A DNA stretch of 64,000 bases from Macrostomum lignano (lineage: Eukaryota): positions 1-64,000 of the forward strand of contig NIVC01002544.1 of assembly GCA_002269645.1 (NCBI GenBank). Reading direction: 5' to 3'. The notes under the pieces are model-generated. The model had not been told where the DNA came from. It saw nothing but the letters and a program-made list of their open reading frames with translations, and made no database searches. Numbering within the stretch: position 1 is the stretch's first letter; the number at the start of each line of letters is the position of its first letter. This document shows positions 23,386 through 36,134 of this stretch, piece by piece. The position numbers were made by a program, and so were the translations under genes.

Positions 23386-23694
23386 ATGTCGGCAGCAGAC
23401 GATGACGCATTCAACAGGCTGGCTAGCGACATTGCTAGACAGGTGGACAGCATTAAGAGCAATGCCAATCAGATCAAATCTCTGGCCTTATCTATTGGCA
23501 CTGAGCGGGACTCGTCAGACAGGCGGCAGCAGCTGCACTCGCTGACCCACACCACTAGGGCGCTGTGCCAGGCCGCCGCTGATCAGCTGCGCGACGGCCT
23601 GGCGCCAATGTGCGTCGGGCTGGCTGGCGGCGCCAGGCGCGCGCAGAAGGACCGCCTGTTGGACAAGCTGGCTAAGGCGGCAGGCGACTTTCAG
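23386..23694 (+). CDS. STX7/12: Syntaxin exon 1
   Basis: MSAADDDAFNRL...AGDFQ, then GTATG. Confidence 0.88.
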
Positions 23695-25543
23695 GTATGC
23701 CTAGTGGGGTGGATAGAATGGTCGGGGGCGGTTGATAGGTCGGTGAGTAGGGTGGCGGATAGAGTCGGTGAGTAGGGTGGCGGGTAGTGTCTGGTATAGT
23801 CCGGTGAATAGTGTCTTGTAGAGTCGGTGAGTAGAGTATCTGGTAGAGTCGGTGAGTAGAGGATCTTGTAGAGTCGGTGAGTAGAGTATCTGGTAGAGTC
23901 GGTGAGTAGAGTGTCTGGTAGCGTCCGGTGAGTAGTGTCTTGTAGAGTCGGTGAGTAGAGTATCTAGTAGAGTCGGTGAGTAGAGGATCTTGTAGAGTCG
24001 GTGAGTAGAGTATCTGGTAGAGTCGGTGAGTAGAGTGGCGGGTAGAGTCAGTAAGTAGGGCGTCTGTTAGAGTCAGTGAGTAAAGTGTATGGTAGAGTCG
24101 GTTAGTAGAGTGTCTGGTAGCGTCCGGTGAGTAGTGTGTCTTGTAGAGTCGGTGAGTAGAGTATCTGGTAGAGTCAGTGAGTAGAGCGTCTGGTAGAGTC
24201 AGTGAGTAGAGCGTCTGTTAGAGTCAGTGAGTAAAGTGTATGGTAGAGTCGGTTAGTAGAGTGTCTGGTAGAGTTCGGTGAGTGAGATAGCGGGTAGAGT
24301 CAGTGAGTAGGCATGTCGTTGAGCATTCAGTCTCTTCCGGCCCCATCCAGGAGGCGCAGCGGCTTGTCCAGTCGCGCGAACGCGAGCAAGTCGGCCAGCA
24401 GAAGCGCGCAGCCAGCGGTGTGGAGGCGGCCTTCAACAGCGATGCGCAGCCGCCCCCGCCCAGCGGTGCCGAAGACAACTCCAACCCGTTCACGCTGGAG
24501 AACGCGCAGATGCAGGCGACCGCGGATCTGCAAGACGATTTGCAGGCCGCCGAGGAGCGTGAGAGCCAGCTGCGGCAGCTGGAGCAGGACATTGTGGGTG
24601 AGCTTGCGGGACTGGGTTGTCAGGCCGTTAATTCCCAGCTATCCTAATGCGGGTAATCGATTTTATTGTAATATCCACACCCCTTCCGTCATCTCAATTT
24701 CTCTATCCATCACCGAGTAAATACATTTACAGCCTAATAACTTCAGTAGAGTGTTAGCCTACTGACTTCAGCAAAATCAGCACAATTCTCCATTCACACT
24801 ACTCCCAAATTCAGCCCACTCCCACTCTACCATTCACCCCACTCCACCATTCACCCCACTCCACCATTCACCTCACTCCACCATTCACCCTACTCCAATA
24901 TTCACCCCACTCCACCATTCACCTCACTCCACCATTCACCTCACTCCACCATTCACCCTACTCCAATATTCACCCCGCTCCACCATTCACCCCACCCCAC
25001 TCCACCATTCACCCTACTACAATATTCACCTCACTCCACCATTCACCCTACTCCACCATTCACCTCACTCCACCATTCACCTCACTCCACCATTCACCCT
25101 ACTCCAATATTCACCCCACTCCACCATTCACCTCACTCCACCATTCACCCCACTCCACCATTCACCTCACTTCACCATTCACCCACTCCACCATTCACCT
25201 CAGTCCCCACTCCACCATTAACCTCACTCCACTATTCACCTACTCTCTATTCACTCACTCCCCCATTGACACCACTACCCTGTTCACCCCAACCGCAGGC
25301 ATCAACGAGATGTTCAAGGACCTGGCTCAGATGGTGCACGAGCAGGGCGACATGGTCGATTCGATCGAAGACCACGTCGGACAGGCGGTCATGCAGGTGG
25401 ACGAGGGCAACAAGAACCTGAAGCAGGCGGTCACCTATCAGAAGTCTGCTAGGCGCAAGAAGATCATCATTGCGCTGGTGGTGATTGTTGCGCTCGCTAT
25501 CCTGGCCGTGATCATCTATTTTGCCGTGCCCAAGCCTAACTAG
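23386..25543 (+). CDS. STX7/12: Syntaxin-7/12-like endosomal Qa-SNARE, 266 aa, 3 exons
   Basis: Exons 23386-23694, 24351-24597, 25299-25543. Habc domain (IGTERDS..RQQLH), SNARE motif EERE..[33 protein letters not shown], C-terminal TM helix. Confidence 0.92.
23730..24310. repeat. ~25-bp minisatellite carrying GTGAGT
   Basis: GTAGAGTCGGTGAGTAGAGTATCTG-like units, syntaxin intron 1. Confidence 0.9.
24351..24597 (+). CDS. STX7/12: Syntaxin exon 2
   Basis: EAQRLVQSRE...LRQLEQDIV, then GTGAG. Confidence 0.9.
24825..25260. repeat. ~18-bp C/A-rich minisatellite
   Basis: CACTCCACCATTCACC units, syntaxin intron 2. Confidence 0.9.
25299..25543 (+). CDS. STX7/12: Syntaxin exon 3
   Basis: [16 protein letters not shown]...IIYFAVPKPN*. 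Confidence 0.93.
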
Positions 25544-25675
25544 TGATTTATTGGCTGCTCGCTAGACTCTGTGAAACCGGTTTTTAAGTTAACAATCAGC
25601 TTTGTAAACTTAATACTACGGGTCACTAATTACCGATTTTTATTTCGGCTGTTGCGCCAAGCATAAGCTGAAATA

Positions 25676-26580
25676 TGTGTGAATGAGTGATTTATATGGG
25701 TGTGAATGAGTGATTTATATGGGTGTGAATGAGTGATTTATATGGGTGTGAATGAGTGATTTATATGGGTGTGAATGAGTGATTTATATGGGTGTGAATG
25801 AGTGATTTATATGGGTGTGAATGAGTGATTTATATGGGTGTGAATGAGTGATTTATATGGGTGTGAATGAGTGATTTATATGGGTGTGAATGAGTGATTT
25901 ATATAGGTGTGAATGAGTGATTTATATAGGCGTGAATGAGTGATTTATATGGGTGTGAATGAGTGATTCATGTGGGTCTGAATGAGTGATTTATGTGTGT
26001 CATTGAGCGAATTTTTTTGGACGCAAATGGGTGGAAGGCTGAAGCTATAAGTGTCAATGAGTTAAAAATGTTGATGTGATTAATTGTGATCCAGCTGTGC
26101 GTGTGGATGAGTTAAATGTGTGGGTGTGAATGAGTGAATTTTATGGGTGTGAATGAGTAATGTGTGGGTGTGAATAAGTGATGCTTTGGTGTGAATAGGT
26201 GATGTTTGGGTGTGGATAAGTGAATGGTGTGGGCGTGAATGAGTGAAAGGTGTGGGTGTGAATGAGTGAAAGGTGTGGGCGTGAATGAGTGAAAGGTGTG
26301 GGTGTGAATGAGCAAAATGTGTGGGTGTGAATGAGTGAAATGTGTGGGTGTGAATGAGCAAAATGTGTAGGTGTGAATGAGTGAAATGTGTGGGTGTGAA
26401 TGAGTGAAAGGTGTGGGCGTGAATGAGTGAAAGGTGTGGGTGTGAATGAGTGAAAGGTGTGGGTGTGAATGAGTGAAATGTGTGGGTGTGAATGAGTGAA
26501 AGGTGTGGGCGTGAATGAGTGAAAGGTGTGGGTGTGAATGAGTGAAAGGTGTGGGTGTGAATGAGTGAAATGTGTGGGTG
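25676..26580. repeat. Two related 23/24-bp arrays (GTGTGAATGAGTGA core)
   Basis: 25676-25985 and 26105-26580. Confidence 0.9.
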
Positions 26581-27504
26581 TAAATGCGGGATGTTTAATT
26601 GGAAGCTGCTTAAATAGATAATCAAACCGCAGATGCTACTACATCTTGAGGACACCTAAAGTTTCACTGTCGCCATTCATACCTGAATCTGCAGAAGTCC
26701 ATCGCACTCTGAGCTGTCCAGACACGGCTTATTTCCAGGACATGTCAACCCCTGAATTGCGGCTGTGGCTCTCTTTCTTAGCAATTATTGTTGCAAATTT
26801 ACATGCTAACTTAAATATGAAACCCTTTGATCAAAAAGTATACAACGCCAAAGCACGTATTGCAGACACTCCACTCTGCAACCCATGTGGCGCACGCAGG
26901 TCATCCTTCCAGTGTCACAACAGCCCCCGGCTGTCTCAAAATTAACATTCCTGGAATAAATATATTGCACTTTTAGCTGAAACATTTTATTTTAACCGAA
27001 TCGCGTTTTCACAGTCTCCTTGTCGCCTCCTTTTTTGTACTCAGTTTGATTTATTCGCCTAATAGTTTTTTTAGTTCGGCTATAAAACTATTATGGATAT
27101 CTCAGTTACCCATTAATATGCTGCTTTCCATGTTCAGTGCTGTTTTTTTCATGTTTTTTTCTTTTACAGCAAAAATTCTAGCGCGCATTCTGCCAGCGCT
27201 ACTGATAGTAGAAAATGCCGACTATTTATAACGTCGATGAATGTTGCGGGCTGTCACAGAGTATCACCAATCGGATTTATTCTGTTTTTTGTAAATAAGT
27301 ATATTAAGTAAAAGTATAACTATACATTATTTCGTACTCAAATATATAATTGCTTTATTATTTAATATCCTGATTGGGTCTTTCATCTTAGATTTTTTAC
27401 TTTTTTGTCTAATTGATTGCTGATTTATTCTAGATAGCTTATACTCCTGTGGGTAAACTAAATGCGCATTATATATGGCCAAATCTAAATCTGTGATCCT
27501 CCCA

Positions 27505-27868
27505 CAACCTCTAACCTCCCACACCTTCCAAACTCCCATACCCTCTAACCTCCCACGCACATCTAACCTCCCAGACCTTAAAACCTCCCACACCCTCAGC
27601 CTCCCACACCCTCTAACCTCCCACAACCTCTAACCTCCCACAACCTCTAACCTCCCACACCCTTTAACCTCCTACACTCTCTAACATCAGGGACCTTCTT
27701 TCCTCCCACACAGTCTAACCACTCACACACATCTAACCTCCCACACCTCTATTTTCCCACACCTCTAACCTCCCAGACCTCTCAGACGTCCAACTTGCCA
27801 GACACAACCTCCCAGGCATCCAACTTCCCAGGCAACCAACCTGCCAGACACCCAACCTCCCAGACCCA
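27505..27868. repeat. Degenerate CCTCCCACACCTCTAA array
   Basis: Repeating ACCTCCCAC motif. Confidence 0.75.
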
Positions 27869-27979
27869 CTGTAATCTTGAAGGTATGGCTGATTGAAAAC
27901 ATTTGGAAACAAGAACTGTTACGCAACCAACGTATCCCGCTGCTATTCAGTCCATTTATCTAGTCTCTACCTTGTCAAG

Positions 27980-28567
27980 ATGGCGGCACTGGCTATGAAC
28001 CCACTGAATCAGAGCATGGGCGCTCTGGGCGGCGGCGGTGGCGGCGGCCAATTCTCTCCCCTGACCCTATTCGAGTGCACCATCACCAACGCCACCATGC
28101 TGGTGGACACCATGCCGGTGCGCGACCTTCTAGCCGCATTTCGCATCGTCTCCCAGCTGGGCGCCCACGTAGCCGAGGTGCTGGAGCCGCAGGTCGGCAG
28201 GCTGGCCGACTCTGCCGATGACGGCCACCAGGGCCAGCCGGCTGGGGCGGCCTCGTTGTCAGCCAGCCTGCAGCAGCGACCTCAACCACCGCAGCAGTCG
28301 CAGCAGCCGCCGCCACCTCAGCCGCCGCCGCAGTCGCGCCCAATGAAGCGGGAGTTCTTCGACGACGAAGACGACGAGGAGCCGCCGGATGCAGACTTTT
28401 GCGGCGTTGGGCCGCTGGGCACCGGCGGCTCTTCGTCGTTTTTTTACGACGAGGCAAGCGTGTCCAGCGGCGCCGCCGGGGCTGCGCCGAACGCCAAGAT
28501 GATCCGGCATGGCTACGCGGACGCGCCGCCAGTGTCAGAGTCTGGGGAGCTGTCGGCTGAGTGGAAG
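27980..28567 (+). CDS. DUF4616-like exon 1 (Q/P-rich, acidic)
   Basis: GC-rich ORF MAALAMNP...LSAEWK, then GTGCGG. Confidence 0.7.
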
Positions 28568-31500
28568 GTGCGGCGCCAGAGTGAGGGGTTTCAGAATTTT
28601 ATTATATAATCTCCATTTGTTATCAGGTTAAAGGTACAGAAGTTTGTCAAGCTGGCGATGAATTAGGCGATCTGTGTTTTAGTTGTCTGAGCAAAGCAAC
28701 AGATGGCTTGGAACCCTATGCCCAACAAGAAACTCGCGTGCTGTAAAAAAGCGATTGAAGCGACGAAATAAAGCGATCGAGAAACAAATAAATTTTGTTG
28801 CGAATGACTATTCAGTTGGCCATGAAGCACCTTTAAAACGATTGAAATCACGAACTTTTTTATTAATATTTTTATATATCCGCGATAACTATTTAAAACT
28901 GCATGTGCGCATTTTACTACTATTTTGCAGACGGTGCAGTAGGTTCAGTTTGTTCTTTAAAGAAAATTACTAATGTTTTAAGATTATAATAGCTGGCAAA
29001 TTGATTTTTAATCTAGTACATATTTCGACAATTGCGCGGCATTTTTGTTTGATGTGTTTTCGCACCTACCAAAGTTGTACAAGTGGGCAATAAATGAAAT
29101 GAAGAAATTGAGTTTGCGGCACTTCACAGTTGGTTAATTAGCAGACAAAGTGTAAATGAGTTGAAAATTATCATCTGCCTGCAATTAAGATAAAGACATT
29201 TTATAGGAATAAAGGCGGGCAGGTATGCTTGGGCTAATCATAATTACCTAATTACCTGCCTGCAAATCTCGGCTTTTAACAGGGCATCCTGCGCCGGGCC
29301 TATCGCCTGCTTAAAGAGGAAACCGGCAGCAACCTGTTCGACTTTGCGCTGCCCTATTCGGCTCGCGTCAACCTGGAGGCGGCCAATCGGGTGATCGAGA
29401 AGGCTCGCAGCATGGCGCCAGACAGCGTCTCGCCCAGCCACTTGACCGCTTGGACCAGTGAGTGCCACGTTAAAGTTAAAAAAATACAAACGAAATTGTT
29501 TGAATAGCAAGGATTTGTTGTCTTTGAATTGAGTTTTTTTTTCAATTTATTATATTGCACTTTTTCTATTGCATTATTTTACTGTCTTTAAAGAACTCAA
29601 ACTAAACGGACGTTGCAGGGCTCTATACTAATTTATTAAAACTATAATGCCGATATTCAGTGTTCACGGCCAATTTCTATCTATGATGGATTGTGTATGC
29701 ATTAATTATCTAATTAACAATCTTTATTTTAGAGTTTTCGTGCGGGGCCCATCTAAAAACAAGCTTAGCCTTTTTTTATTTAAATTTAAATGATTAGTAA
29801 AGCAATAATAATAAATAATAATGTACATTGTACACAGAAGACTACCGCCTAAGTCTCTGCAACACTCGTTTAGCGTCATCTAGCACAAGTTCAAGCAAAG
29901 TAAATCAAGTAAATACACAATGGTAAGACGCTAAGACCTTGTTTACTCTTTTTAGCCCTGTGCCGAAGGTACACCCGATTGTACTTTAAGGACACGCTAA
30001 AGCGTACTCACGCATCAGAAAACAGTAAACAGAAGAGCAGCGAGATATTCGATTTATACTGTCCCGTAAGCTTACCAGTTCGATTTGTGGTTCAATTCTT
30101 TTAGTTGTGGCTTTGCCCAGATTAAAATTTAAGAGGAAAAAGTATGCACTGCAGCTCCGACAAGTTTGTGTTGGCCCTTGTTATAAAATTGAAATGAAAT
30201 TATTGTTTTATTTTTCTTACTCAGAATTCGCCAACAATTATTTGTCAAATTACTACAACAAGACTTTAAAAGCAAACTTTTGGCGTCGCAGGAAGTCTTC
30301 TTCCGTTGGTGTGCTCTTTGTAAGTTACCGAGACGTTACTCAAAACAGTAGAGCCTGTAACGATTCGTCTCTAATTTATCGTATCTTCTGCAAAGACTTA
30401 AGCAACACTAACGCCAACCTTTTAGATAATTGCACAAAGTACTTAAGTACTTACTTCTATTGTACTTTGGTTTCAAACATGAAAAAGAAACTAAAGTCAA
30501 AGAGATGGGATTCTCAATGCAGGCTGTTGTCAGTAAGTTTGCTGCAATGCTAGATAGCGGGGAGGAAATCTTGGGGTTAATCATTGCTGTTATTTCCTTC
30601 TTATAGACTCGTTAGCAGCAGTATATATAGAAAATAGTTTGATGAATGCGAGGCAGCTGTTAGGATGCTTACTCTGTACACATCGATATAGTATGAGCAT
30701 TATGTGTCCAGAGAAGTATCCGAAAGCTTGTTTTAATTTAACCTCGGTTCGCGAAGTCAAAGCAATTTAGCAATGGAAGTTTAAAACGACGACATGACGA
30801 ACTACCGTTCCAAAACGGGACGTTTACTATGTACACCAAACATTTAAAGCATTTGTGTATACACGGTAAACGCCCCGCCAGCACGGACAATGAGACAAGG
30901 AGTTTGGGATTTTAGGTTGAAACGGTGCGCAATGAAATTCCTTTTGGTGCTTAACGTATTCCACTTGTCTTTTAAAATTCTGACAAATGGACATACGAAG
31001 CGCCATTAGAAACATCGTGTATCTTACATTAGAAAGTAAGTCTCCAAATAAAACAAGTACTTACCACGCTTACTCGCAGTTGCAACTCGTAGGAGTTGAT
31101 TTGTCAGTCTTGAATGAAACAGACTAAGTGTGGAGCTTTGTCGTTTACTGGGGTCCTTTTTATCTGCATTTGTCTAGACCAACTTATTGGTGGGTGCCTG
31201 AATTGGCCAACGCAAGTTTAGCGACTTGTGCTATTGGCTCGCGTGTGGACGCCCCTCTCACCCTCCCTTCTCCGCGGATTGGCTCTGCGCATTTTTGTGC
31301 GTGCCACTGTGGTAGGGTGGGGTAAGGAAAGGAAGCCTGATCCGGCTGGTAGAGCGGCTGGCTCTGAGGCATGATTCTAGACCCAACCCCTTGCAGTCTT
31401 CGCCTCACTTCCTAATACGAAGCCCCCAATCTTGACCAAAACCAAGCCAACTTAAACCCCAAACCCAAACTATTTGACTTCAATTCTTATGTTCACTCGA

Positions 31501-34500
31501 TTCTCCTAGCCTTCTACTTGCAAGTTGCAACAAATAACTCCTATTAGATACTTTTCTCTAATGAGAAATGTAAGATCTGTACTATTCTTTTTGTAATTAG
31601 GAATAGTGGGTTGACTCAATTTTATTTTTATTTTTTTGCGTTTCTATGATCACCCCGTATAAAAAGTCCATTCCATGTGAAACTGATGACTGCAACTAGG
31701 TTTGATGAATGACAGCTGTACGTGTAAGATTAGAATAACTTGGACGGCCGACTATTTACTTTGGTCGATTTATGACATGGTTTTATGCATCGTAAGATAC
31801 GCATGCATGGCAAAAGTTCAACAAAAAACAATTCTTTACTGGAATTGTACTGTTGATTATCTTCAGTTCAGTGTCAGCTTAATAATTATTATAGTATTTG
31901 TCATGCTGTCTCAGCCTAGGGACGTCCAAACTCAGCCAGCCCATCTCAACAGTGCGATTTTTTACGTAAGCCAGTCGAGTTTTACCATGGACATGCTTCT
32001 TAAGGCTATCTCAGCTATCTCAGCTATCTCAGCCTGGGACATGCAATCTCAGCCACTTTTCAGATTCTTACTGACTTTTCTTGCTGCGTTCATTCATTGC
32101 TGTTTGTTGCCATTTCATGTCACGTTACAGAAATGATAGCATTGAGATCTGTTTGCAATTGAAATCTATATTGGCTGAGATTGCATGTCCCAGGCTGAGA
32201 TAGCATGGCCTTAAGAAGCATGTCTATGGTAAAACTCGACTAGCTCGAGCCAAAAAACGCATTGCGGAATGGGGCTGGCTGAGTTTGGATGTCCCTAGGC
32301 TGAGATAGCATGACAAAAGCTATATTACATAGCCTTAACTCACGCGGCACAGAACTTAAGCAATGTCATTGCTTATTCAGTAACGTGTGAATTTGTGAAG
32401 GCACTACAAGCGTGCAAAAGTGCTGTCGCTCATCGTAGCATCAGGGACGTAAGCAGGATTGGGGAGTGGCTTCATTTCATTTTGGTGGCCTGTGCTCTTG
32501 TGATATTTACTAGGATTTGCAATTGCCCGAAAGTTTTTAGTACCGAAAACATGTGCCCATTTCGTGCCTCTGATACGAAAAAAGAGAAGAAACACTGCAC
32601 AGTTTGCACTTTGCATCCGCTATAGTTATTTGTTATAAAATATTTTGAAGGCTTAACAATCGTTTGAAATTAATATTCTTTCTGGATGCACTTTCTGTAA
32701 TTATCATCATATGCATACATGAAAAATTCTAAACTGCAGAGTCAGCCACTGGTATTACGTTGATGTGCAACAGTGTCCATCTTGTCAGAAACTGAAAAAA
32801 ACACTAATAAACCTATATGAATAGTATATAGAAGACTATACTCGTAGTGCAAGGCATACTAATTACTAACTAACATGTGAAGTACAGACTAGTGATTGCT
32901 ATATTTTAGAAAGCGAGCGTAACTTGAATGTTCATTTCTATTTGTAAAACACAGACAGGTCTTAACTTGGCATAAATAATACAAAGAAGTTTAAAAGTAG
33001 GCACATCATTGAACAATGAATCATCCATAACTTTGGGGTCCCCGGTGGAGCGTTGTTCCACTTGGCCGGGATTAGAAAGCCAACCTGTTGAACTCTTGAA
33101 GCAGCCGAAGCTGTGTTGCCATTGCCAATGGCATTTTTGTTTTTATCCTTGCAGTGTAAGTACGAGTTAGTAGGGGATAACAGGTAGCTGTTGCTTAGTA
33201 CTTAAACTTCTTAAAGTATAGAATGCCACACACGGGCTTCAGGTTGGGTCAGATGGGTCAGTCAGTGGGTCAGATTTCCATATGTTCGATTTTGTCTCCA
33301 ATTTTGACACGTGGTTTTTAATGAAAATTTAGATTACTACCTTTGGAGTTCCTTAATCACTGAAAGGGTGGGTGTCATTCCGAAGTCACAACTTGCAATT
33401 CAAGGCGTAGCCTTGAAACTGACAGTCACCCTTGGGTGGTCAAAGTCGGGTAGAGCAGTGGGGAAAGTGAAATGTGAAAACACCGTGGGGGTCTTTATCA
33501 ATGCGCAGGTAGCCGCCCCAGGGGTTCGGAGTGCAACGCTGGGCTGGCATAAAGACCTGACCCCATGGCATGTTGCGCAATGCATGCCTGCGTGTATTGT
33601 GTGCGCAAATTAAGAATGGTCCTGGAGATCCGAAGCGAAGGAATTATCAAGTTTGGCTCATCACCTGGGGGTGGGGGTTGAGATCGCGGGCTATTGTTCT
33701 CTCTCGTCTTATCAGCTGGAGTTTCCACTGGCATTGATATTATTTTAGTCGCTAATACTTTTTGCCTATGGCGCAGCCGCAGGCAGATGGCTGTGTGGAC
33801 GTGTGGTCCGAACTTGGTGGTGGGGTAGGTGAATGTGGGCTTTGCAGGACGTTTTCGCACCTTAATATAATGCCATTCTCTATAACCTTGGAACCTAGGC
33901 AAAGGTGTCTAGCTTTGAAATGTTGCGCAAAGCCAGGCACGTTGCGGCTTAAGGCTTGGTGTGGCATCGCGCATTCGCTTCCTCGGCATTGTTTAAGATT
34001 AAACGACTATTATCGTCATTGGTCGCTTGGCTTGTAGAAATAGCCCCCAGCCGTCTCGGGCATTGGGGAATGTTTATCTAAGTGTATTGGGCAATCTTTT
34101 TCTAATCTAGTATTGTCCGCGGAAGTTGCCAGAACAAGAATGCAATATTAGGCCTAATTTTTGCGATAACAACTTATCCCTTCGGCTTGGCCTTTGATTG
34201 TACAGAGAGAACTGCGGAATGTCACTCTACTGTTGAACTGAAAGTATTCGTGTTTGATGATTTGTTCTATAATAAACTTTTGTGTTTATTCACGCAGCTC
34301 TAGGTTTCTGATCCCAATCCCTGTTTCCATCTCAATCCCTGTTTCCAACTCAATCCCTGTTTCCAACTCAATCCCTGTTTCCATCTCAATCCCTGTTTCC
34401 ATCTCAATCCCTGTTTCCAACTCAATCCCTGTTTCCATCTCAATCCCTGTTTCCAACTCAATCCCTGTTTTCATCTCAATCCCTGTTTTCATATCAATTC

Positions 34501-36112
34501 CTGTTTTCATCTCAATTCCTGTCCTGATCCCAATCCCTGCCCAGATCCCAATCCCTGCCCTGATCCCAATCCATGTCCAGATCCCAATCCCTGCCCTGAT
34601 TCTAATCCCTGTCATAATCCCAATCCCTGTCTTGATCCCAATCCCTGTACTTATCCCGATCCCTGTCCTGATCCCAATCCCTGTCTTGATCCCAATCCCT
34701 GTACTGATCCCGATCCCTGTTCTGATCCCAATCCATGTCCTGATCCCAATCCCTGTCCAGATCCCAATCCACAGGATCCCAATCCCTGTCCTGATCCAGA
34801 TCCCTGTCTTGATCCCAATCCCTGTCCTGATCCCAATCCATGTCCTGATCCCAATCCCTGTCCAGATCCCAATCCCTGTCTTGATCCCGATCCCTGTCCT
34901 GATCCCGATACCTGCCCTGATACCAGTCCCTGCCCTGATCCCAGTCCCCGCCCTGATCCCAATCCCTGTCCTGATCCCGATCCCTGTCCTGATCCCAATC
35001 CCTGTCCAGATCCTAATCCCTGTCCTGATCCCGATCCCTGTCCAGATCCCGATCCCTGTCCTGATCCCAATCCCTGCCCTGATCCCAGTCCCCGCCCTGA
35101 TCCCAATCCCTGTCCTGATCCCGATCCCTGTCCTGGTCCCAATCCCTGTCCATATCCCAATCCTTGTCCTGATCCCGATCCCTGTCCTGGTCCCAATCCC
35201 TGTCCATATCCCAATCCTTGTCCTGATCCCGATCCCTGCCCTGATACCAGTCCCCGCCCTGATCCCAATCCCTGTCCTGATCCCAATCCATGTCCAGATC
35301 CCAATCCCTGTCCTGATCCCGATCCCTGCCCTGATACCAGTCCCTGCCCTGATCCCAGTCCCCGCCCTGATCCCAATCCCTGTCCTGATCACAATCCATG
35401 TCCAGATCCCAATCCCTGTCCTGATCCCGATCCCTGCCCTGATACCAGTCCCTGCCCTGATCCCAGTCCCCGCCCTGATCCCAATCCCTGTCCTGATCCC
35501 GATCCCTGTCCTGATCCCAATCCCTGTCCTGATCTCAATCCATGTCCAGATCCCAATCCCTGTCCTGATCCCAATCCCTGTCCTGATCCCAATCCCTGTC
35601 CAGATCCCAATCCCTGTCCTGATCCCGATCGTAATTCTAGAAGTTCATGTCACAGTCAATCAGCAGTCTCGCTTCCGAACTGACCCAAGCAGAAACTTAA
35701 CCGGCGCCAGAAGGCTTACGAATCTATTCGGGACAGTCTCGACTCGTCCGAGCGCGAGCGCCACGAGCGTGTGCTGACCCGGGACTACACGTCCTCGGAC
35801 GAAGAGGACTCCACCGGTCCGTCCGGCTCTCTGCGCGTCCGCCAACTCGCCTGGGAATCCGAGGAGCTGCGCCGGATGAAGCGCAGCCTGGATGAGGTCT
35901 ACCGGACTCGGCTGGCCGACGACAGACAGCGCGCCGAGATGGACCGGCTGCGGCGAGACGGCGACGGCGACGGGCAACCCGGCGCTGATGAAGAAGGCGG
36001 TGTTGGCGGCAGCGGCATCTTCAGCGCCCGCGGACCGCCGAGCGACTGTCCGGACTGGGCGTCGAGACCCGTGGCGGGCGGAGGAGACGCCAGCTCATTG
36101 CTGACTGACTGA
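27980..36112 (+). CDS. Uncharacterised C14orf93/DUF4616-like protein (model incomplete; one internal exon not found)
   Basis: Exons 27980-28567, 29283-29457, 35693-36112. LRRAY..L...FDF..PYSARVN and RRQ..Y...DYTSSDEED...LAWESEELRRMKRSLD resemble the C14orf93 C-terminal domain (recalled, not searched). Phase 1 to phase 0 mismatch between the last two exons. Confidence 0.6.
29283..29457 (+). CDS. DUF4616-like exon 2
   Basis: TTTTAACAG|GILRRAYRLLKEETGSNLFDF...TAWT|GTGAGT. Confidence 0.75.
31891..32323. mobile_element. ~430-bp foldback/MITE with ~160-bp inverted arms
   Basis: 31891-32055 is the reverse complement of 32172-32323 (TTTGTCATGCT.TCTCAGCCTAGGGAC.TCCAAACTCAGCCAGCCC ... CTGGGACATGCAATCTCAGCCA); no clear TSD. 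Confidence 0.75.
34310..35628. repeat. 18-bp minisatellite (6-bp sub-period)
   Basis: ATCCCAATCCCTGTCCTG units. Confidence 0.95.
35693..36112 (+). CDS. DUF4616-like last exon
   Basis: KLNRRQKAYES...SSDEED...LAWESEEL...CPDWASRP...*. Confidence 0.78.
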   Translation, partial: KLNRRQKAYESIRDSLDSSERERHERVLTRDYTSSDEEDSTGPSGSLRVRQLAWESEELRRMKRSLDEVYRTRLADDRQRAEMDRLRRDGDGDGQPGADEEGGVGGSGIFSARGPPSDCPDWASRPVAGGGDASSLLTD

Positions 36113-36134
36113 GGCTTTGCCAGCCCGTGCTGAT

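Noticed and set aside
24825-26580. Complementary arrays pairing across the last syntaxin exon
   Set aside because: Only a 7-nt core (CATTCAC/GTGAATG) is complementary; too weak to support a structural claim.
30107-30553. ORF as the missing DUF4616-like exon
   Set aside because: AT-rich, unlike the GC-rich exons of this gene, with no convincing motif match or compatible phases.
33000-34250. Possible degraded LTR-retrotransposon or other coding remnant
   Set aside because: Short ORFs on both strands, but I could not recognise RT, RNase H or integrase motifs; needs a translated profile search.
34254-35777. Long IP-rich, GQG-rich and DWDQ ORFs; likewise 6148-6823, 10703-11101, 36127-36979, 42183-43071, 43417-44792, 46190-47587, 53121-54016
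   Set aside because: All coincide with tandem arrays, are open in several frames and strands, and have no exon-like boundaries.
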